DNA of 39,166 nt from Octopus bimaculoides. Taxonomy: Eukaryota. The notes beneath the pieces are model-generated. The model ran no database searches, was not told the DNA's origin, and saw only the letters and a program-made list of their open reading frames with translations. A program made the translations under genes and the position numbers. Positions 33,101-39,166 of this stretch are shown here, one piece after another. The DNA lies in the NCBI RefSeq assembly GCF_001194135.2, contig NC_068995.1, positions 26,824,339 to 26,863,504 of the forward strand. Reading direction: 5' to 3'. Within the stretch, counting starts at the first letter, position 1. Each line of letters starts with the position of its first letter.

Positions 33101-34586
33101 ATCGTTTAACGTCTGCTTTCCATGCTGACATGAGTTGGACAGTTTGATGGGGACTGGTGAGCCAGATGGCTACACCAGGCTCCAATCTGATCTGGCAGTT
33201 TCTACAGCTGGATGCCCTTCCTAACGCCAACCACTCCAAAAATATAGTGGGTGCTTTTACGTGCCACCGGCACGAGGGCCGGTCAGACGGTACTAGCAAC
33301 GTCCATGCTGAAATGGTGTTTTTACGCGTCACCTGCACAGGAACTAGCCCTCGCTCAAATGCTGTCTTCCATGTACCACTGGCACAAGTGCCAGTAAGGT
33401 GACGCTGCTAACGATCACACTAGAATGGTGCTTTTTATGTGCCACCGGCACGGGGACCAGTCAGCGGCCCTGGCAATGATCACGCTCGGATGGTGCTCTT
33501 AGCAAGGATGCCAGTCATGCGGTGCTGCCACCAAATTTGATTTCGATTTCACTTGCCTCAATAGGTCTTCGCAAGCAGAGTTTAGTGTCCAATGAAAGAA
33601 AGGTACGCCTAAGTGGGCTGGTTACACCACTGGCATAGGCCACAGGTTATGGTCTCACTTGGCTTGCCGGATCTTCTCAAGCACAGCATATTTCCAAAGG
33701 TCTCGGTCACTAGTCATTGCCTCGGTGAGGCCTAATGTTTGAAGGTCGTGCTTCACCACCTCATCCCAGGTCTTTCTGGGTCTACCTCTTCCACAGTTTC
33801 CCTCAACCACTAGGGTGTGACACTTTTTCACACAGCTATCGTCATCTATTCGCACCACATGACCATACCAGTGCAGTCGTCTCTCTTGCACACCACATCT
33901 GATGCTTCTTAGGTCCAACTTTTCTCTCAAGGCACTTATACTCTGTTGGATATGCACACTGACATTACTCATCCAGCGGAGCATACTGGCTTCGTTCCTT
34001 GCAAACTTATGCATGTCTTCAGCAGTCAGGGCCCATGTTTCACTGGCATATAGCATACAGTCTACCTTTTACTCTGAGCGAGCGGCCCTTTGTCGCCAGC
34101 AGAGGTAAGAGCTCTCTGAACTTTGCCCAAGTTATTCTTATTCTATCAGCTACACTTTCAGAGCACCCACCCCAGCTACTGACTTGGTCACCTAGGTAAC
34201 GGAAGCTATCAACTACTTCTAGTTTTTCTCCCTGGAATGTGGCAGAAGTTATTCTCTGCACATTTTCAGTGTTTATTGCTCCTGAGCATCTGCCACATAC
34301 AAAAACTATCTTCCTAGTTAGGCTTCCTTTGATATTGCTGCACCTCTTATGTGTCCCTAGCTTACACTAGGTATATCTTATAGAGTTTCTACCTACATCT
34401 TTTCTACAGATCGAGCAGGGCCATCTACCTGAAGAGGTTTGGTGTTTGTCTCCCTTCCTACTTATTAGGACTATGGTTTTAGCTAGGTTGACTCTAAGGC
34501 CCTTCGATTCTAATCCTTGAACACTTGAAACTTCTCTAGTTCTGACAGTGACTCAGCAATTAGTGCAAGGTCATCAGCATAGACTG
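33077..34586 (-). mobile_element. 5'-truncated RTE LINE (RT end, C-terminus, 3' UTR, (ATG)n tail)
   Basis: LYADDLALIAES, LEVVDSFRYLG, MLYASETWALT...WYGHVVR...GRGRPRKTWDEVVKHDL (ORF 33655-34056). Confidence 0.92.
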
Positions 34587-34782
34587 GCCCACGTGCTGGT
34601 GGCACGTAAAAAGCACCCATTACACTCACAGAGTGGTTGGCCTTAGGAAGGGTATCCAGCTGTAGAAACTCTGCCAGATCAGATTGGAATCTGGTGTAAT
34701 CATCTGGTTCACCAGTGCCCAGTCAAATCGTCGAACCCATGCTAGAATGGAAAGTGGACGTTAAATGATGATGATGATGATA
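34587..34782 (+). mobile_element. RTE 3' UTR/tail copy fused head-to-head to the preceding RTE
   Basis: gctggtggcacgtaaaaagcac...aggaagggtatccagc...ttaaatgatgatgatg. Confidence 0.85.
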
Positions 34783-34829
34783 TATGCATATATATATATA
34801 TATATTTCGTATGTGTATTTCGTGTGCAA

Positions 34830-34929
34830 NNNNNNNNNNNNNNNNNNNNNNNNNNNNNNNNNNNNNNNNNNNNNNNNNNNNNNNNNNNNNNNNNNNNNNN
34901 NNNNNNNNNNNNNNNNNNNNNNNNNNNNN
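34830..34929. other. Assembly gap (100 N) flanked by (TA)/(CA) microsatellites
   Basis: N run. Confidence 1.
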
Positions 34930-34994
34930 TATATATATATATATATAAACACACACACACACACATATATATACATATACATATATATATATTG

Positions 34995-35503
34995 GAGCAA
35001 ACTCATAAGAGGCAGAGTGAGAACATGGGTTCGTTTGCCCGAACATGAGAAATTATTGATTTCTCATTGGTAAAAATTACTGCCCATATACGAATTCTGA
35101 ACTTCATTGAAGAAGTCTTTCACGAGGTACAGTTCTAGGATTCATGTATGAGCAGTTATAAAAACCCTGATTTTCGGAAAACTCTCTAGTGATCGTTGGA
35201 TGACACTCAAATCCATGACACTCATCCAAGTGATCGTTGGGTTGTAACTCAAATCCACAACACTCACTCAGGTGATTGTTGGACTGACACTCAAATCCAC
35301 GACACTCACCCTCTTGAGTATCGGCTAATATTTATGGCATGATCAATACTCAAATCCGACAATATTGAATTGTTGTGAACTCTTATAGCTAGAATGAAAG
35401 ATTAGTTAGTATAAATTTTAAGTCGTAATTCTCTACGACAAAATGACTTTATTTCTAACTGTTCTATAAATGCCAAAATGTACATAATAAATTAATGTAG
35501 AAA
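34995..35503 (+). repeat. Unclassified repeat X, copy 2, with a triplicated ~41-bp internal unit (35188-35310)
   Basis: Homologous to the reverse complement of 30570-31100, which has only one unit of agtgatcgttggatgacactcaaatccacgacactcaccc. Confidence 0.8.
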
Positions 35504-35564
35504 TAAATAAAAAAACTAGTGACTTTCCGACGTGATGTCATAGATAAATCACCACATCGTAAAT

Positions 35565-35571
35565 TGGTGAC
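35565..35571 (+). promoter_or_regulatory. Primer-binding site remnant, tRNA-Trp type
   Basis: TGGTGAC is complementary to the GUCACCA 3' end of tRNA-Trp, the primer described for CsRn1-type elements. Only 7 nt match. Confidence 0.5.
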
Positions 35572-35803
35572 TTAGTAAAAACTACATAAAATTTTATATA
35601 GAATATAAACAATTTATTATACAAATTTTAATAACAGAAATATTTGACATTAAAGGTTGAAAGGAAAAGAACGCTGAAGAAGGAAACTATAGAAAAATTT
35701 TAACTGCACTTTCTAGCAATATAGAAATAATATTTAGAGCTGTTGAAAGCTTAATAACATAACGTAAAATTTATTTTTCTTTCTGAAAAATTTAAATATA
35801 TAA

Positions 35804-36491
35804 ATGGAGCAGAATTTGAAGGAATTCGAGATGTCCTATTTTGATAGGAATTATACACAAGCTTCAGTAAATGTATTACCATCTCCTCCATGGATGGGAG
35901 ACACATTTATCTGGTTGGCACAACTAGAGGCAAGCTTTAAGGCAAATCGTATAACGAATGAAGAGCAAAAAATATAATATAATGCTGAGTAATTTGCCTC
36001 CACCTCTAAGCTATGAAATTAGAGATTTATTTTTAAATCCTGCTGAGCCAGTTTCATAATCTGCAATTAAAGCAGAAATATTAAAAGAACTTCAAATTCA
36101 AAACAAAGAATTTGCAAAGCTATTCAATAATGAAGAATTAGGCAATAAGAAGCCAACACAACTTCTTCGGAGGATGAACGAACTTCTTGGAGATCAACAA
36201 ATAGAAGAATCCTACCTCAAAGAGGTTTTCTTTACCAAATTGCGTTACAAAACACAAACCTTGCTTTTGGCTATGAAAAATCAAAACTCTCTTCAACAAT
36301 TGGCAGATTTAGCGGATGGCATTTTGGAATTGTCATCTAGAGAGTCTGTGAATGCAGTTCCATCTATCTCTGATGAAATACATGCATTAAAAGAGAGTTA
36401 TGAAAAACAATTTGAGTTATTGACGAAGAAAATTGAAAGTCTTCAGCTCGAAAGAGACAGTCACTCAAATACAAGAAACGCAAGACGGTGA
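35804..36491 (+). pseudogene. Gypsy gag (frameshift near 35970, in-frame stop near 36057)
   Basis: PPWMGDTFIWLAQLEASF...EELGNKKPTQLLRRM...LQQLADLADGILE. Confidence 0.85.
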
Positions 36492-36497
36492 AGGAGA

Positions 36498-39166
36498 TTG
36501 AAAAGTCCAAAAAGAAACACCATATGCTGGTACCATTCAAAGTTTGGTGACAAATCTTATTGTTGTGTTAAGCCATGTTCATTTAATTTTTTGAACAAAA
36601 AGAAAGTCGGAAAACTTCTCAACCACAGATTTGATGCGACGAAATCTGTGGACAGCTTAAATAAAAGTCGCATATTTTTTGTTTTTGACACAAACTCTAA
36701 AGAAAGGTTTGTGGTAGATACAGGAGCAGCTTGTTCAATTTGGCCTGTGAAACTTTTGAAAGAAAAACCAAAACCTGTATATTTGACTCTTCAAGCAGCT
36801 AATCAATCTGAAATCCAAACATTTGGAGAGATTAGCTTAATTCTGAATTTAAATCTACGAAGAGAATTTAAGTGGCTCTTCATAGTAGCGGATCTGACTT
36901 ACCCAATATTAGGGGCAGATTTTCTCGCACACTATCATTTAATGGTAGATATAAGGAAACAAAAACTGATAGACACAGAAACTTCATTAAAAATCCAAGG
37001 AATGAGATGCAGAAAGGTCACAGACAGTCCATTGTATTTCATATCGTCCTCAGAAAATCGGTATCACAGGTTGTTGAAGAATTATCCTAAAATTACGACA
37101 CCATTAGCTCTAAATACCAAGTGTATGCATTCAGTAACACATCACATCATCACACAAGGACTTCCAAGTTTTTCCAAGCTGAGAAGACTATCTCCGGAAA
37201 AATTGAAGATTGCAAAGGCTGAGTTTAGTCATATGTTGGACTTTGGTATAATTCGTCCTTCAAGCAGTAGCTGGTCAACTCCATTAGTTATGGTAAAAAA
37301 AAAATCTCATTGACTGGCGTCCATGTGGAGATTTTAGACAACTTAATGCTAAAACAAAAGCAGATAAATATCCAATTTCTCATCTTATGGAATTTGCAAC
37401 TTCTTTGAGTGGTTGCACTGTTTTTTCGAAAATTGATTTAGATAGAGCATATACTCAAATTCCTGTAGAAGAAAAAGATATACCGAAAACTGCTATTACC
37501 ACTCCATTCGGGTTATTTGAATTCCTTCACATGCCTTTCGGGTTGAGGAACGCAGCAAATACCTTTCAAAGATTTATGGACGAAGTAACAAGAAATTTAC
37601 CTTTCGTATTTGCCTATATCGATGATATCCTCATTGCTAGTCCATCAGAAGAAGCACATGAAGACCATTTAAAACAAGTTTTCGAGAGATTAACGAAATA
37701 TGGTATAGTAATAAACCCAGCAAAGTGTGTTTTTGGTGAAACCACTATATCTTTTCTGGGTCATCTTATTGATAAAGATGGAATTCGACCATTGCCAGAG
37801 AAAGTTGAAGCTATTCAAAAATTTCCAATACCAAATTCTTTAAGAAAGCTCAGAGAATTTTTAGGGATAGTTAATTTTTACAGAAAATTTATTCCTAAGG
37901 TCACAGAGATCCTATATTCCTTAACTGAGCTATTGAAAAATAGAAGGAAGAAAAACGAAGCAATAACATTAAAAGAAAAACAATTGCAAGCTTTTGAAAA
38001 TATTAAAGATAAATTGTGTAGAGCAACACTTTTAAACCATCCGGTTCCTGAAGTGAAATTATCGTTGGTAGTGGATGCTACCGATGTTGGAATCGGTGGA
38101 GTTTTGCAACAATATCATTGTGGTTCTTGGCAACCACTATCTTTCTTTTCAAAAAAATTTAAAGCACCAGAAACGAAATACAGAGTTTTCAGCAGAGAAT
38201 TGCTGGCAGCTTATTTGTCAATTAAATACTTCAGACATCTTGAAGGTAGGTCATTTACTTTATTTACTGACCATAAACCATTAGCATATGCATTCAAAAG
38301 TTCTTCGGAGAAATATTCTCCTAGAGAAATTAGACACCTTGATTTTATTTCACAGTTTACTGTGGATATACGGTATATCAAGTGTGTTGAAAATTCTGCA
38401 GCAGATGCACTTTCTAGAATGAATGTAGATGCATTAAATTCATTAAACAATATAAATTTGGAAGAAATGTCTAAGGATCAAGTTGAAGATTAAGAATTTT
38501 CTTTGTATAAAAATTTTAGTTCCACAACTGTTGCCGATCCATTCATGTAAATCAAATATTTGGTGTGATGTTTCTACAGGTTTTTCGAGACCATTTGTGC
38601 CTGAAAAGTATAGAAAAGCTGTTTTTTCTACCTTACATAATTTATCTCATCCTGGTATTGGAGCTTCATTGAAAATAATGTCAAGTCGATTTGTTTGGCC
38701 TGGTATGAATAAGGATATTAGTTCCTGGGTCAAGTCATGTATGCAATGTCAAAAATCCAAAGTACATCGTCATATCAAAGCACCATTAGGTACATTTGCA
38801 AATCCAGATGCGAGATTCCAACAAATCCACATCGATATAGTTGGACCCTTAACTCCATGTGAAGATAACATTTATTTGCTGACATGTATAGATCGTTTCT
38901 CAAGATGGCCAGAAGCTTATCCCATCAAAGATATTTCTGCAAAAACTATAGTAAAAACTTTGTTTACTAATTGGATATCCAGATTCGGTGTACCGGATAA
39001 AATAACAACCTATCGTGGTAGACAATTTGAGTCTACCCTTTTCGCAGAATTCAATAAATTGTTGGGGATTAAAAGAATCCGTACGACTTCTTATCATCCA
39101 CAGTCTAATGGCATGATAGAGAGATTTCACAGACAGCTAAAATCTTCATTAAGAACTTATTCTGAT
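36498..39166 (+). pseudogene. Gypsy gag knuckle and pol (protease, RT, RNase H, integrase), frameshifted
   Basis: PR FVVDTGAACS; RT FSKIDL...[17 protein letters not shown]...YIDDILI; [15 protein letters not shown]...TDHKPL...ADALSR; [10 protein letters not shown]...[26 protein letters not shown]. Frameshifts occur near 37305 (A run) and 38500. Confidence 0.92.

Larger units (their letters stand above)
35504..39166 (+). mobile_element. Ty3/Gypsy LTR retrotransposon, CsRn1/kabuki-like, truncated by the window end
   Basis: Domain order is gag-PR-RT-RH-IN. It has a CHCC gag knuckle CWYH-X9-C-X3-C, a PBS-like TGGTGAC and a probable LTR end CACCACA at 35550-35556. Confidence 0.92.

Noticed and set aside
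34723-35073. ORFs spanning the N gap
   Set aside because: Artefacts of translating through Ns and microsatellites.
26924-39166. A further MTMR exon encoding the expected ...CKDFR... segment
   Set aside because: The candidate acceptors I checked near 31590 and 31660 hit stops in the required phase 1 frame. The exon is probably beyond the window or in a gap.

Overview
Eukaryotic, repeat-saturated intronic DNA. The repeat families resemble those I recall from octopus (coleoid cephalopod) genomes; this assignment is an inference. Four short + strand exons (411-458, 8752-8812, 16063-16199, 26848-26923; 322 nt in total) splice in frame into the N-terminal PH-GRAM region of an MTMR10/11/12-type myotubularin-related protein. 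The start exon and downstream exons lie outside the window or in a gap. The rest is intron filled with decayed mobile DNA: RTE LINEs with (ATG)n tails, CR1-group LINEs, an R4/Dong 3' end at a (TAA)n tract, two tRNA-derived SINE families, Penelope-like elements (PLEs), non-autonomous Helitrons, a DD37D-like mariner, an old LTR pol relic and a CsRn1-type Ty3/Gypsy element that runs off the right edge. There are two N gaps. The most interesting signal is a ~340-nt repeat carrying a minimal type I hammerhead ribozyme motif with a palindromic stem III. It occurs in three copies, two of them longer than one unit and one fused head-to-head. A related 124-bp fragment is inserted in an RTE with a 14-bp TSD and a perfect 39-bp snap-back hairpin. 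A separate hammerhead with an intact core sits in a PLE relic nested inside a Helitron. Together these look like a PLE-mobilised retrozyme-like system. A SINE and a CR1-group LINE also share a 3' tail with a compensatory base change in its stem-loop. All family calls are from motif recognition by eye; no database searches were run.
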